Part shown: positions 37,858 through 48,593 of the stretch, piece by piece
Layout: each line of letters starts with the position of its first letter
How positions within the stretch are numbered: position 1 is the first letter of the stretch
Assembly: GCA_051532035.1 (NCBI GenBank)
Contig: JAOPTW010000034.1
Location: 29,466 to 93,465, forward strand
Direction of reading: 5' to 3'
DNA: 64,000 nucleotides
Source of the DNA: Fibrobacterales bacterium
GTDB taxonomy: Bacteria > Fibrobacterota > Fibrobacteria > Fibrobacterales > JAOPTW01
Translations under genes and position numbers: made by a program
Notes under the pieces: model-generated
The model's input: the letters and a program-made list of their open reading frames with translations, nothing else
The model's database searches: none
What the model was told of the DNA's origin: nothing

Positions 37858-39930
37858 TTATTTAGAAAATTGAGTTATAATCTTGCTACATTCAGCAGCA
37901 GCTGCTTCTGGTACAAATCCAAAATGCTTTGCAACATCTTTATAGTTACCTGAGACTCCAAATGAATCGATCCCTTTAACAGTGATGTGATCTGCATAGA
38001 ACATTTTAAATGCTCGGTGAGAAGCTGCTTCCATTAGGTATACTGGTGTCTCACCTGCGCCAAGAATTGACTGAATATACTCTGTAGATTGCTCTTGAAG
38101 TTTTTCCATGCATGGAATACTTACCAAACGCACCTTTTTTCCTTGTGACTCAAGTATCTCTTTAGCGCCTATAAGAGTTGTGATTTCAGAACCAGAACCT
38201 GCAAGTACGATATCAGGAGTGCCATCACAATCAAATAAAGTGTATCCACCCTTTTTAAATGCTGTATATGTTGCTTCACGATCCAGTTCAAGACCAAATA
38301 ATTTTGTATCAAGAACCTGACGAGTACCGAGTATTACAGCGGGTCCATCATTCTCCATAAATTCTAAGAAGGAAAATCCTGTTTCCATATCATTACATGG
38401 GCGATAGGTATAGATTCCTGGAATAAGGCGAGTAGCACCAAGATGCTCTATTGGCTCATGTGTTGGCCCGTCTTCCCCTACGTAAATAGAGTCATGAGTA
38501 AAAATAAACAGATGTTTTAATTGCATTATCGCCGCTAAACGAACAGCGGGCTTCATATAGTCGATAAAGGTGAAAAAGGTTGAAGTAAATGGAATGAAAT
38601 CGCGCGATAACGCAAGGCCATTTGCCACCCCACCCATTGCAGCTTCACGAACACCAAAAGCAATGTTTCTTCCTGCAAAGCTTCTACTGGTGATAAAATC
38701 AGCACCCTTAACAGTCGCTTTTGTTGAACCAACTAAATCCGCAGCACCACCAATCAATTTAGGAGAAGCTGCAGCACACAATTGAAGTGCTCCTGAAGCT
38801 ACGCCGCGAGTAGCATCAACCTTAGTACTGTAATTCAATAATTCGGTACGAAGTGTATCAGTAAGACCACTCTCTTTGTATGTCTGAAGTTCAGCGTACT
38901 TTTCAGGATACTGTTTTTTATAGTTATTATAAAGTGTTTCCCACTCTGCAAGAGCAGCATCACGTGCCTCAAGAGCCGGTGCAATTGCATCATTAAAAAG
39001 GTCTTTCTCGTAAAATGACCCATCAGCCAACTGCTTTTCAACAATTGCAAGAGCTTCGTCAGGTGTTTTACAGTCAGCAACATCTTTCATCGTTGAATTA
39101 CTTAAGATATAAGAAACTTCTTTAGGTCCTACCGGAGCACCGTGCGCAGAGTGAGAGCCACGAAGTTCATTCAGTCCTTCTCCAATTTTTGTTTCAACAA
39201 TAAGAAGCTTTGGTTTACCCTTTGATGCTTTAAGAGCAGAAAGCTTTGCAGACATATCAGCAAGATCAGTCCCTACACAGTGTGCAACTTCCCAGCCGAG
39301 CGCTTCATAGCGCGCTTGTACATCTTCTGTAAATAGGTCATTCGATGATTCATCAATAGTAACTTCATTATCATCATAAATAGCAATAAGATTATCAAGT
39401 TTCAGTGAGCCTGCAATTGAAGCGGCTTCATTGGTCATCCCTTCCATGGTACAACCATCGCCCATAAGCACATAGGTGTTGTAATTAAAGAGTTCAGAGT
39501 CTTCGGTATTAAAACGTGCTGCCATCATTTTTGATTCAACAGCAAGCCCCACTGCATTTGCAAACCCTTGACCCAATGGGCCAGTAGTTGTCTCTATACC
39601 TTTGTGCAGTTCATACTCAGGATGCCCTGGAGTATTAGACCCGAGTTGACGAAAGTTGACAATATCTTTTATTGAAAACTGATATCCAAAAATGTAGTTA
39701 AGGGCATAGACTAGCATTGAACCATGACCCGCAGAGAGGATAAATCGATCTCTATTCATCCACTCGGGGTTGCGTGCAGATGCTTGAATAAAGTTACTGT
39801 AGAGGAGTACTCCAATATCGGCACAGCCAAGTGGAAGTCCGGGGTGTCCAGATTTGGCTTTTTGAATTGCCATTGCTGAGAGGTACCGAACGTAGTCCCC
39901 TACGCTTTTCACATTATCCATATTAATCAT
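37858..39930 (-). CDS. tkt: Transketolase
   Basis: SGHPG, RDRFILSAGH, TTGPLGQG, GDG...EG, FGVRE, THDS..VGEDGPTH. Confidence 0.96.
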   Translation of the reverse strand: MINMDNVKSVGDYVRYLSAMAIQKAKSGHPGLPLGCADIGVLLYSNFIQASARNPEWMNRDRFILSAGHGSMLVYALNYIFGYQFSIKDIVNFRQLGSNTPGHPEYELHKGIETTTGPLGQGFANAVGLAVESKMMAARFNTEDSELFNYNTYVLMGDGCTMEGMTNEAASIAGSLKLDNLIAIYDDNEVTIDESSNDLFTEDVQARYEALGWEVAHCVGTDLADMSAKLSALKASKGKPKLLIVETKIGEGLNELRGSHSAHGAPVGPKEVSYILSNSTMKDVADCKTPDEALAIVEKQLADGSFYEKDLFNDAIAPALEARDAALAEWETLYNNYKKQYPEKYAELQTYKESGLTDTLRTELLNYSTKVDATRGVASGALQLCAAASPKLIGGAADLVGSTKATVKGADFITSRSFAGRNIAFGVREAAMGGVANGLALSRDFIPFTSTFFTFIDYMKPAVRLAAIMQLKHLFIFTHDSIYVGEDGPTHEPIEHLGATRLIPGIYTYRPCNDMETGFSFLEFMENDGPAVILGTRQVLDTKLFGLELDREATYTAFKKGGYTLFDCDGTPDIVLAGSGSEITTLIGAKEILESQGKKVRLVSIPCMEKLQEQSTEYIQSILGAGETPVYLMEAASHRAFKMFYADHITVKGIDSFGVSGNYKDVAKHFGFVPEAAAAECSKIITQFSK

Positions 39931-40087
39931 TATATATCCTTAAGATTATATTTAATTTCAGTCTGTTTTTGTTTCACAAGTATAGATTTTTAAACGCTTC
40001 TCACTTATGAGTAGAGGGCTATTTACCCACATAGTTCAATTTTGAAATTATATGAGAGCTCGAGCACCTATTTGATTAAAAACCAGT

Positions 40088-40120
40088 AAAACAAAGGCCG
40101 TCTTTATTAAAAGACGGCCT
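40088..40120 (-). terminator. Probable intrinsic terminator after purL-purQ
   Basis: AGGCCGTCTTT-ATTA-AAAGACGGCCT 11-bp stem, followed by a T-rich tail on the minus strand. Confidence 0.7.
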
Positions 40121-40230
40121 AAATATAGGAAATTATATCTCTTCTTCTCTATTTCAAGAAGAAAGATTGGACAATTTGGTAAGAATTATATGAACAGTTG
40201 TTACAGTTTTCACATGTACTTACTAAACGC

Positions 40231-41016
40231 CTATTTTCTCGATTTTACATACTCTACAGCATTTCTAAAAATCTTAACACCATCACCTTCTCCACGAAGT
40301 CCTTCACGATGCCAGCGCGGATGATTTGTCATATGCATAAAAACCTCAGGGTGAGGCATAAGGCCAAAAATAAGGCCGCTATCATCACAAATCGCAGCGA
40401 TATCATCAACTGAACCATTGGGATTATCGGGGTATTCAGGTTTACCGCCTTCTTTGGTGCAGTACTGAAAGGTAATATTACCATTGTCATGAAGCTTCTG
40501 AAGGGTTGCAGCATCTTTGGTTACAAATTTACCCTCACCATGGCGTATTGGTAAATAGATACCTTCAATACCTTGTGTCCAAATAGATTTTGAAGCGGTA
40601 TTGCCTTTAAGATAACACCAACGATCTTCAAATTTAGCAGAATCATTATGAATCAATGAACAAGTCTGTTCAAAGGTATCTTCAGCACCTGGAAGAAGGC
40701 CCAGCTTTACGAGTACCTGAAATCCATTACAGATACCAATCATCGGAACTCCACGCTTTTTGGCTGCAAAGAGTTGATCTTTCAAATATACTTTAATCTT
40801 ATTTGCATAAACCTTACCCGATGCGATATGGTCTCCAAATGAGAACCCACCAGGAAATGAGAGAATATCAAACTCTTCCATAGTGCGTGAGCCACTAATG
40901 AGGTCGTTAATATGTACACGTTCTGCTTCGGCGCCAGCCATGGTAAAAATATGGGCGAGCTCGATATCAGAGTTAATGCCATACCCTGTAATTACTAATA
41001 CTTTTGGCTTATCCAT
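40231..41016 (-). CDS. purQ: FGAM synthase glutamine amidotransferase subunit
   Basis: PGGFSFGD, GICNGFQ, HGEG, NPNGS, MPHPE. Confidence 0.95.
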   Translation of the reverse strand: MDKPKVLVITGYGINSDIELAHIFTMAGAEAERVHINDLISGSRTMEEFDILSFPGGFSFGDHIASGKVYANKIKVYLKDQLFAAKKRGVPMIGICNGFQVLVKLGLLPGAEDTFEQTCSLIHNDSAKFEDRWCYLKGNTASKSIWTQGIEGIYLPIRHGEGKFVTKDAATLQKLHDNGNITFQYCTKEGGKPEYPDNPNGSVDDIAAICDDSGLIFGLMPHPEVFMHMTNHPRWHREGLRGEGDGVKIFRNAVEYVKSRK

Positions 41017-41021
41017 ACTCT

Positions 41022-44018
41022 TTAATCCCAGTTAACTGTTTTGTGCCATGCACTGAATGTTTCATCTACGGTGAGATCAATTACACTATCATCACCATCC
41101 TTAACTTTAATTGAACCAGCGTCAGTAACGGTACCGATACACGAAATACTGTTCTCGATCATCGCCTTCTCAAAGGCACCTTTATTTGCAGCAGACACTG
41201 TAATCACCAAGCGTGATTGCGTCTCTGAAAAGAGTTTTTCATCACTCGTTAAGTCACCAAGACAGTCAAGATCGGTAAGATCAATATCCATACCCAATCG
41301 ACCTGCAAATGCTGTTTCAGCAAGGGTCACCCAAAGGCCTCCGTCAGAGATATCATGTGCAGAAGCAACAAGCTCAGATTCAATAGCAATAGTCAAAGCA
41401 CGATACAATGGTATTGAAGTATTAGTATTCACCACTGGAACACTATTACCCACATGTCCAAGCTCAGCATAGTATTCAGACCCGCCTAATTCCGCTCGAG
41501 TTTGCCCTACAACATAAACTAAGTCACCCGCTTTTTTAGCATCTATAGTAACTGATTTCTCAACATCATCCATTTTTGCAATTACGGTAAACAGAAGTGT
41601 CGGAGGAATCGATATTTTTTCATCCCCTTTACCGTAATCGTTCTTCATGGAATCTTTACCAGAAATACACGGAAGGTTATATGCTTTACAATAATCAGAC
41701 AACGCTTGATTTGAACGAACAAGCTGACCCATTTTGTACTCACCATCGGGAGTCTCTTCAGACTGTACTGGATCGGGCCAACAGAAATTATCAAGGCCTG
41801 CTATGTAGTCTAGTTTACCACCCGATGCAATAACAGAACGAACGGCTTCATCAATTACTGATGCCGTCATGTGGTACGTATCGATATCCGAATAGCGAGG
41901 TAAAATACCATGAGCGACAATGAGTCCCTCTTTTTGATCTGGAAGTGGTCTGATTACCGCAGCATCAGATGGTCCATCATTTTTCTCACCAGTAAATGGT
42001 TTGGTAACACTCATCCCTTGAACTTCGTGATCGTACTGACGTACCCACGACTCTTTAGAACAGATATTAAGACGACCAAGAAGCTTAAGCGCTATATCGT
42101 TGAGGTCTTCAGGAAAAGTTTCTGGTTCACTATGAACCGGAGTTTTAAAGTTTGCTTTGAGTTTTAGCTTTGGCGCTCCATCGTGCATAAATTCCATATT
42201 AATCATACAGACGATTTCACCATCATGATCAACTCTGAAATAACCAGTATTGGTAAATTCACCCAAATCGGCTATCTCGACACCACGAAGGTCTGCAAGG
42301 GCTTGAAGCTCTGCCATATTCTCGGGGGGTACTGCAAGTGACATACGCTCTTGCGCTTCAGAAACAATGATTTCCCATGGATCGAGACCAGCATATTTAA
42401 GAGGTGCATTAGTTAGATCAATATGTGCACCATTTGCACCGTGGTCAGGCTCAGCCATTTCCCCCAGTGATGATGATAATCCACCAGCGCCATTATCAGT
42501 CATAAATCTATAGAGACCAAGGTCTCGTGCTTCTATAATAAAGTCGAGCATTTTCTTTTGTGTAATTGGGTCACCAATTTGTACTGCCGAAACCGGAGAG
42601 TCTTCAGTAAGTGCTACCGAAGAGAACGTTGCTCCGTGGATACCGTCTTTACCGATACGACCACCAGCCATAACAATACGGTCACCAGGCTTGATTTCTT
42701 TATCTTCAGATGGTTTACCATTAATTTTCGCAGGAACTAATCCGCCGGTTCCACAGAATACGAGTGGTTTACCCATAAACCGTTCATCAAATACAATTGA
42801 TCCATTAACTACTGGAATACCTGACTCATTTCCTCCATCACGAACACCAGCATGAACCCCTTTAAAAATTTGACGAGGGTGCATTAATTTAGTCGGTACT
42901 TCACCATCATAAAAAGGAGATGCAAAACAGAATACATCAGTATTAAATATTGGTTTAGTGCCAATACCCGTCCCAATAATATCACGGTTAACTCCAACAA
43001 TACCAGTCATAGCTCCACCAAATGGATCAAGTGCTGACGGTGAGTTATGTGTTTCTGCTTTAATTGAGATTGACCAATCTTCAGTAAATTTGATAATTCC
43101 TGCATTATCCCAAAAAACCGATTTAATAAAATCGCCACCCTTGGTGATCTCTTTTGTTGGATTATATATGTAGGTTTTGAAAAGAGAATTTATAGTTTGA
43201 GTATTCCCTTCTTCATCAGTATACTCAACATCAGCAGCAAAAATCTTATGACTACAATGTTCAGACCAGGTCTGTGCAAGAATCTCGAGCTCCATATCAG
43301 TCGGATTAGTCTCAGAAAGTCCGTGCTCTCTTCTCACTTTTTTGATCTCTTCATCAGTATAGTGATTTTTAATTGCAAGCATCTCTTCTTCATTAAGAGA
43401 GAGTATCATTTTATTTGAGAGATCGAGTAATTCTTTACCAGTAGCAGGCAGTTCAATCACTTTAGTTGTAGGAACATGCTCAGATTTAACATGTTTGTCT
43501 GCAGCAGGCACGCGTTTACCAGCATCCCACTCTTTACGAGCGATAATTTCATAAGTTTCAATAAGTGGGTTAGCCAAAAACTTTACACACACTTCTTCTG
43601 CTTGCTCAGCAGTAAGGTCACCCTTAACTAACACCTGATATGATGTCCAAATATCTTCGAGGTCTTCAAGTTTACGGCCTAAGATATCGTTAATACCTTC
43701 TCTCGATGAACGACCGACATTGTCGGTTACACCAGGCTTGAAGCCAATTTCAAAAAGCCAATCAAAATCGAGCACCGACTCTGCGAGTGGGCTATCAATT
43801 GAGTACTCTTCCACAACGGGGTCATGAAACAATTCTTGAGCAATGTGATCAATAGACTCCATTGACTCATCAAGACAAGTAGTAAATACTTGAATTGTTT
43901 TTACAGCTTCAACATCAATTCCCAAATCTTCGTGCATTGCAGCCATGATTCGGTTCCCTTTAGGATCGGGAAACTGAGCTTTAAGCTTTACGGTAATTCT
44001 GTGGATTTCTCGAGACAA
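41022..44018 (-). CDS. purL: FGAM synthase synthetase subunit with N-terminal PurS-like repeats
   Basis: WSEHCSHKIF, ETHNSPS, DGIHGA, VQIGDP, D.GAGG, SEAQERM, SGKDS, HDISDGG. Confidence 0.95.
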   Translation of the reverse strand: MSREIHRITVKLKAQFPDPKGNRIMAAMHEDLGIDVEAVKTIQVFTTCLDESMESIDHIAQELFHDPVVEEYSIDSPLAESVLDFDWLFEIGFKPGVTDNVGRSSREGINDILGRKLEDLEDIWTSYQVLVKGDLTAEQAEEVCVKFLANPLIETYEIIARKEWDAGKRVPAADKHVKSEHVPTTKVIELPATGKELLDLSNKMILSLNEEEMLAIKNHYTDEEIKKVRREHGLSETNPTDMELEILAQTWSEHCSHKIFAADVEYTDEEGNTQTINSLFKTYIYNPTKEITKGGDFIKSVFWDNAGIIKFTEDWSISIKAETHNSPSALDPFGGAMTGIVGVNRDIIGTGIGTKPIFNTDVFCFASPFYDGEVPTKLMHPRQIFKGVHAGVRDGGNESGIPVVNGSIVFDERFMGKPLVFCGTGGLVPAKINGKPSEDKEIKPGDRIVMAGGRIGKDGIHGATFSSVALTEDSPVSAVQIGDPITQKKMLDFIIEARDLGLYRFMTDNGAGGLSSSLGEMAEPDHGANGAHIDLTNAPLKYAGLDPWEIIVSEAQERMSLAVPPENMAELQALADLRGVEIADLGEFTNTGYFRVDHDGEIVCMINMEFMHDGAPKLKLKANFKTPVHSEPETFPEDLNDIALKLLGRLNICSKESWVRQYDHEVQGMSVTKPFTGEKNDGPSDAAVIRPLPDQKEGLIVAHGILPRYSDIDTYHMTASVIDEAVRSVIASGGKLDYIAGLDNFCWPDPVQSEETPDGEYKMGQLVRSNQALSDYCKAYNLPCISGKDSMKNDYGKGDEKISIPPTLLFTVIAKMDDVEKSVTIDAKKAGDLVYVVGQTRAELGGSEYYAELGHVGNSVPVVNTNTSIPLYRALTIAIESELVASAHDISDGGLWVTLAETAFAGRLGMDIDLTDLDCLGDLTSDEKLFSETQSRLVITVSAANKGAFEKAMIENSISCIGTVTDAGSIKVKDGDDSVIDLTVDETFSAWHKTVNWD

Positions 44019-44196
44019 AATCGGACCTTTGGTAGGGTTTAAGACGCGCTTAAAATTAGTAAAGTTTCAAGAATTTTGAACTGAAAATGGCGAATAAGGG
44101 CTGTAGGAGCCCATTTGCGGTATCTTGTTTAAAATCAATGAGTTACATACAAGTATAAGATACTCAAGTGACTTTCACCCACTATGACCCTCAAAC

Positions 44197-44229
44197 AAAA
44201 AAGGACAATCACCCGTGAATGATTGACCT
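44197..44229 (-). terminator. Probable terminator after the aldehyde dehydrogenase gene
   Basis: AGG-A-CAATCA...TGATTG-A-CCT stem; T tract on the minus strand. Confidence 0.55.
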
Positions 44230-44262
44230 CTTTTTAATTTGGGGAACCTCTAAAAGTTAAAT

Positions 44263-45648
44263 TTAAAGGACACTACTTTTGAGCACCATAAGCTTCTCAT
44301 AGGTCATCTCATGCATAGAGTATTGAATTCCGCCAACACCAGTACCAGAGTGTTTTCTTCCTCCAAATGGCATCCAGTCAACTCTAAAGGCCGTATGATC
44401 ATTCACCATAACTGCTGCTGCATTGAGTTTATGAACCACATCTAATGCAGTATCGATAGCCGACGTAAAAACTGCCGCTTGAAATGAGAAAGGAACAGCA
44501 TTAGCTTGTGTAATCGCCTGTTCTCTATCACTATATGAGTAGATGCAAACCACCGGACCAAAAATTTCCAATTGAGATACCTTTACGTCCATCGGTGGAT
44601 TTAGAAGCACTGTTGGTTCATAACAGGTATTTGAAATTCTCTTACCACCTGAAAGTAATTGAGCTCCAGCAGTAATTGCTTCATTGACCCATTCCTCTAC
44701 CCTATCAACTTCACGAGCGAGTATCAACGGTCCAACTTCAGTTTTAGGATCAAGTGGATCGCCTACTACCAGTTTCTCAGCATACTCAACCATTTTCTGA
44801 GAGACAGTATCAATAATAGTTTGTTCGACAAACATACGTTGCACTGATACACAGACTTGTCCTGCATGATAAAAAGCACCTTTACCAAGAGCCGGTATCA
44901 TTGATTCGATATCTGCATCTTTTTCAACGATAACAGGAGCAGCACCACCATGTTCAAGAGCAATATGTGTTCCTGGTGCCAGTTTTGACCTCAAGTACCA
45001 TCCTACTTTTGCAGATCCAATAAAAGAAAGATACGACACTCTCTCATCGGTCACCAAATATTCAGCGACATCATTTTCACATACAATAAGTTGACACCAC
45101 CCTTCAGGCAATCCCGCACGTCTCAAAATATCGACAAATGCAATACATGAAAGAGGTGTTGTGAGTGCAGGCTTTATAATTACCGGACACCCAACTGCAA
45201 GAGCCGGTATAACCTGATGAATAATTAAGTTCAGAGGATGATTAAAGGCACTTATTGAAAGTACTACGCCAAGAGGCTCTCTAAAAGTATAGGCCATACG
45301 ATTTGCCGATGATACAGTATGCCCCATCGGAATTTGTTGTCCTGCGAGATGCGATATACCTTCAAGGGCAAGTTGTACCCCATTGATAGCTCGATTAACC
45401 TCTACTTCTGAATCAGCCCAAGGCTTGCCCCCTTCGCCAGCGGCGATTTTTAGAAGAGACTCCTTCTCGCCTTTCATAATCTCGATCACACGTTCAAGTA
45501 TTGCAACCCGTTCAGGAGTTGCAATCCACTTTGATCGATCAGTATAGAGCTCATAGGCTGTTGCTAAAGCCTGTTCTGCATCAGACTCTTGATCAAAAGG
45601 GATCTCTCTAATAAGAGATTCATCATAGGGCGAATAGACTTTTAACAT
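44263..45648 (-). CDS. NAD(P)-dependent aldehyde dehydrogenase
   Basis: FNHP, IIKPA, FIGS..VG, LEHGG, GQVCVS (catalytic Cys), EIFGPV, PFGG.K.SG. Confidence 0.93.
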   Translation of the reverse strand: MLKVYSPYDESLIREIPFDQESDAEQALATAYELYTDRSKWIATPERVAILERVIEIMKGEKESLLKIAAGEGGKPWADSEVEVNRAINGVQLALEGISHLAGQQIPMGHTVSSANRMAYTFREPLGVVLSISAFNHPLNLIIHQVIPALAVGCPVIIKPALTTPLSCIAFVDILRRAGLPEGWCQLIVCENDVAEYLVTDERVSYLSFIGSAKVGWYLRSKLAPGTHIALEHGGAAPVIVEKDADIESMIPALGKGAFYHAGQVCVSVQRMFVEQTIIDTVSQKMVEYAEKLVVGDPLDPKTEVGPLILAREVDRVEEWVNEAITAGAQLLSGGKRISNTCYEPTVLLNPPMDVKVSQLEIFGPVVCIYSYSDREQAITQANAVPFSFQAAVFTSAIDTALDVVHKLNAAAVMVNDHTAFRVDWMPFGGRKHSGTGVGGIQYSMHEMTYEKLMVLKSSVL

Positions 45649-45666
45649 ATTATTCTCCTTGTATTT

Positions 45667-47307
45667 TTAAAGAATACACGCTTTCTCTTTGAGTAATACA
45701 TTAAGTATAGAATGGTTCAAAGAATAGTCAACTGCGAGATCAATTAAATGAACTCCTTTTCCATTTACAGCAGCATCAAGTATTTTTTCAAAATCTTCTA
45801 CTGACTCAGGGCGATGCCCTTTTGCACCATACGCTTCCGCGTATTTTACAAAGTCAGGATTACCATAATCGAGACCAAATTGCTCAAAGCCCATTCCTTC
45901 TTGTTTCCATTTGATCATCCCATAAGCATTATCATTTAAAATAATAACAGTAAGATCAAGACCAAGGCGCACTGCTGTTTCCATCTCTTGTGAGTTCATC
46001 ATGAATCCGCCATCACCACAAACCGAAATAACTTTTTTATCTGGATGAACAATTTTTGCAGCAATAGCTGATGGAAGTCCTGCGCCCATTGTAGCAAGAG
46101 CATTATCAAGTAAAAGCGTCTGAGGTTTATAACTTTTATAGTTACGAGTAAACCAAATTTTATAGACACCGTTATCAAGAGTTAAAATCCCATCATCAGG
46201 GAGAACAGCTCTCACCGAAGTCACCGCGCGTTGTGGAAGTATTGGAAAGCGATCATCTTTTGCATACTTGCCAGTGTATTTATCTACTTCAGCTTTTACT
46301 CGTTCAAAATAACTGAAATCCCAGTTAGATTTTTTCTTAATAAAGTTAGCTAGTTTCAAAACTGAAATTGCGATATCACCCACAACATTAAGCTGTGGAA
46401 AATAGATTTGATCTACCTTTGCAGGGAAAAAATTCACATGTATAACTTTCTTGCCCCCGTGTTCCATTATGAAAGGAGGTTTTTCAATAACATCGTGTCC
46501 AACATTAATAATAAGGTCAGAGCGCTCAATTGCACAATGTAAAAAATCATTACTTGAAAGTGCTGCAGTACCAATGAATTTTTCATGGCGTTCATCAACA
46601 ACGCCTTTACCCATTTGTGTGTTGAAGAATGGAATACCAGTCGCTTTAATAAACTGAGTGAGTGATTCACTACACCGTCTACGGTTGGCGCTCGCCCCAA
46701 TAAGCAGTAGTGGCATTTTAGCCTTTTCAATCATGCGCGCTGCCTGATAGAGTGTTGCTTCATCTGCATCAGGGCGCATCCAATCAACCACTTCAAATGG
46801 TTGGCCATCAACTTCTTCCGAAGCGACATCCTCAGGGAGTTCTAAATGTACTGCCCCAGGACGTTCCTCTTTTGCAAGCCTAAAAGACTCATTAATGACT
46901 GATGGAATATTATTAGAGTTCACAATTTGATGTGTAAATTTTGTAATAGGGCGCATCATATTCACTACATCAATAATTTGAAATTGTCCCTGTTTACTCT
47001 TTTTGATCGGTTTTTGACCAGTTATCATCAACATAGGGAAGGCACCTAGGTTTGCATAAGCAGCCGCTGTAACAAAGTTTGTTGCACCAGGACCAAGAGT
47101 TGACAAACAAACACCTGGCTTACCCGTTAACCGACCGTATGTTGCAGCAATAAAACCTGCACCTTGTTCATGTCTTGTCAAAATTAATTTTATTTTAGAA
47201 TCTTTTAGTGACTCAAGAAGATCAAGATTCTCTTCTCCAGGAATTCCGAAGATATATTCAACACCCTCTTTCTCAAGAGCCTTTACAAACAGGTCAGAAG
47301 CTTTCAT
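45667..47307 (-). CDS. ThDP-dependent acetolactate-synthase-like enzyme (large subunit family; possibly a 2-oxoacid decarboxylase)
   Basis: FGIPGEENL, RHEQGA, STLGPGATN, LLDNALATMG, GDGGF..N ThDP motif; no small subunit adjacent. Confidence 0.88.
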   Translation of the reverse strand: MKASDLFVKALEKEGVEYIFGIPGEENLDLLESLKDSKIKLILTRHEQGAGFIAATYGRLTGKPGVCLSTLGPGATNFVTAAAYANLGAFPMLMITGQKPIKKSKQGQFQIIDVVNMMRPITKFTHQIVNSNNIPSVINESFRLAKEERPGAVHLELPEDVASEEVDGQPFEVVDWMRPDADEATLYQAARMIEKAKMPLLLIGASANRRRCSESLTQFIKATGIPFFNTQMGKGVVDERHEKFIGTAALSSNDFLHCAIERSDLIINVGHDVIEKPPFIMEHGGKKVIHVNFFPAKVDQIYFPQLNVVGDIAISVLKLANFIKKKSNWDFSYFERVKAEVDKYTGKYAKDDRFPILPQRAVTSVRAVLPDDGILTLDNGVYKIWFTRNYKSYKPQTLLLDNALATMGAGLPSAIAAKIVHPDKKVISVCGDGGFMMNSQEMETAVRLGLDLTVIILNDNAYGMIKWKQEGMGFEQFGLDYGNPDFVKYAEAYGAKGHRPESVEDFEKILDAAVNGKGVHLIDLAVDYSLNHSILNVLLKEKACIL

Positions 47308-47645
47308 GTCTGGTACCGTTACCTATGGTTAAATGTTTTAAACTATTAAACTATTAATATCACCTTCCAGAATATCAAAAGTAAAACAATAAGGCAGTAC
47401 AAAAGTGTTTTAACGGTGTTATTTTATCACAGAGCATCTTCTATATCAAAGTTGTATGGTAATTTAGATGAGATAGAGTATACAATACCCCAAAACCATT
47501 CGTTACTTTTGTCACAAGCCCAGTAAATTAATATTTTCGTACATGAGTAGTACAAGATACCTTCTTTACGTTGTTGATATACGCTGACTCGCAAAGCGCA
47601 GTCAAAGTAAAAAGAGGCAAGCGAAGCAAAGCCGGCCAAAACCCA

Positions 47646-47752
47646 TTCTGGAGGCAGAGAGTAGTTAGATGTGAGGCATTGGAGCCGACAGCGTACATGT
47701 GGTACGCCGAGGCTTCAATAACGAAGCAGATAACTGCTCTCTGCCTTCAGAA
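47646..47752. repeat. Nested palindromic element (RPE/REP/MITE-like)
   Basis: 22-nt outer arms TTCTGGAGGCAGAGAGTAGTTA / TAACTGCTCTCTGCCTTCAGAA, middle arms ATTGGAGCC/GGCTTCAAT, core GCGTAC-N5-GTACGC. Confidence 0.8.
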
Positions 47753-47753
47753 G

Positions 47754-48593
47754 CTATTGAAAGCTTTTTAGGAGTTCAATCTCCTCAGCCCAAATTTCTT
47801 CATCAATAGTTTCAATTACAAGAGGGATTCCATCAAACCGCTGGTCCTTCATTACGTACCGAAACACATCGAGTCCAAGATTGCCTTGTTCAAGACTATG
47901 ATGTCGGTCGACCCGTGACCCAAACTCTGTCTTAGATCCATTTATATGCATACCTTTTAGATACTTAAAGCCAACAATGCGATCAAATTCTGCCCAAAAA
48001 TACTCATTATCCTCAGGTGTTCTCAGATCATAACCCGAAACAAATGTATGGCACGTATCAATACAAACACCAATACGGCTTTTGTCTTCTACCAGTTCAA
48101 TAATACGAGCTAAATGCTCTAACTTATAGCCAAGGTTACTTCCCTGACCTGCCGTATTTTCTATGACCGCAATAACAGTTGGTTCAGCTTCAAAAGCTGT
48201 ATTCAGCGACTCTGCAATAAACTTTAAACATTCATCTTCTGATATCTCTTTAAGATGAGAGCCAGGATGAAAGTTTAAATATACAAGCCCAAGCTGATTA
48301 CACCGTTCAAGTTCGTGAATAAAAGAATTTAGAGATTTTTCTCGTTTTTCAGGATCTGGGTGCCCAAGATTAATGAGATAACTATCATGAGGAAGAATAG
48401 CTTCTGGAGGGTAACCCAGTTTTTTGCAATTAACTTTAAAATTGATAATATTTTCTTCTGTTAATGGCTTTGCATTCCACTGCCGTTGATTTTTCGTAAA
48501 TAAGGCAAATCCTGTTGCTCCGATTTTTGATGCATTAATAGGTGCATTTTCTACGCCGCCGGCAGCTGATACATGAGCTCCAATATATTTCAT
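47754..48593 (-). CDS. nfo: Endonuclease IV
   Basis: [47 protein letters not shown]. Confidence 0.96.
   Translation of the reverse strand: MKYIGAHVSAAGGVENAPINASKIGATGFALFTKNQRQWNAKPLTEENIINFKVNCKKLGYPPEAILPHDSYLINLGHPDPEKREKSLNSFIHELERCNQLGLVYLNFHPGSHLKEISEDECLKFIAESLNTAFEAEPTVIAVIENTAGQGSNLGYKLEHLARIIELVEDKSRIGVCIDTCHTFVSGYDLRTPEDNEYFWAEFDRIVGFKYLKGMHINGSKTEFGSRVDRHHSLEQGNLGLDVFRYVMKDQRFDGIPLVIETIDEEIWAEEIELLKSFQ

Noticed and set aside
44019..44262. Purine riboswitch upstream of purL; IHF-like AATCAATGAGTTA near 44133
   Set aside because: Only short hairpins and no riboswitch core recognised; a single IHF-like match in AT-rich DNA is not significant.
47571..47771. 66-aa + strand ORF
   Set aside because: Lies over the palindromic element and runs into the nfo 3' end; TTG start with no clear RBS. 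Treated as a by-product of the repeat.
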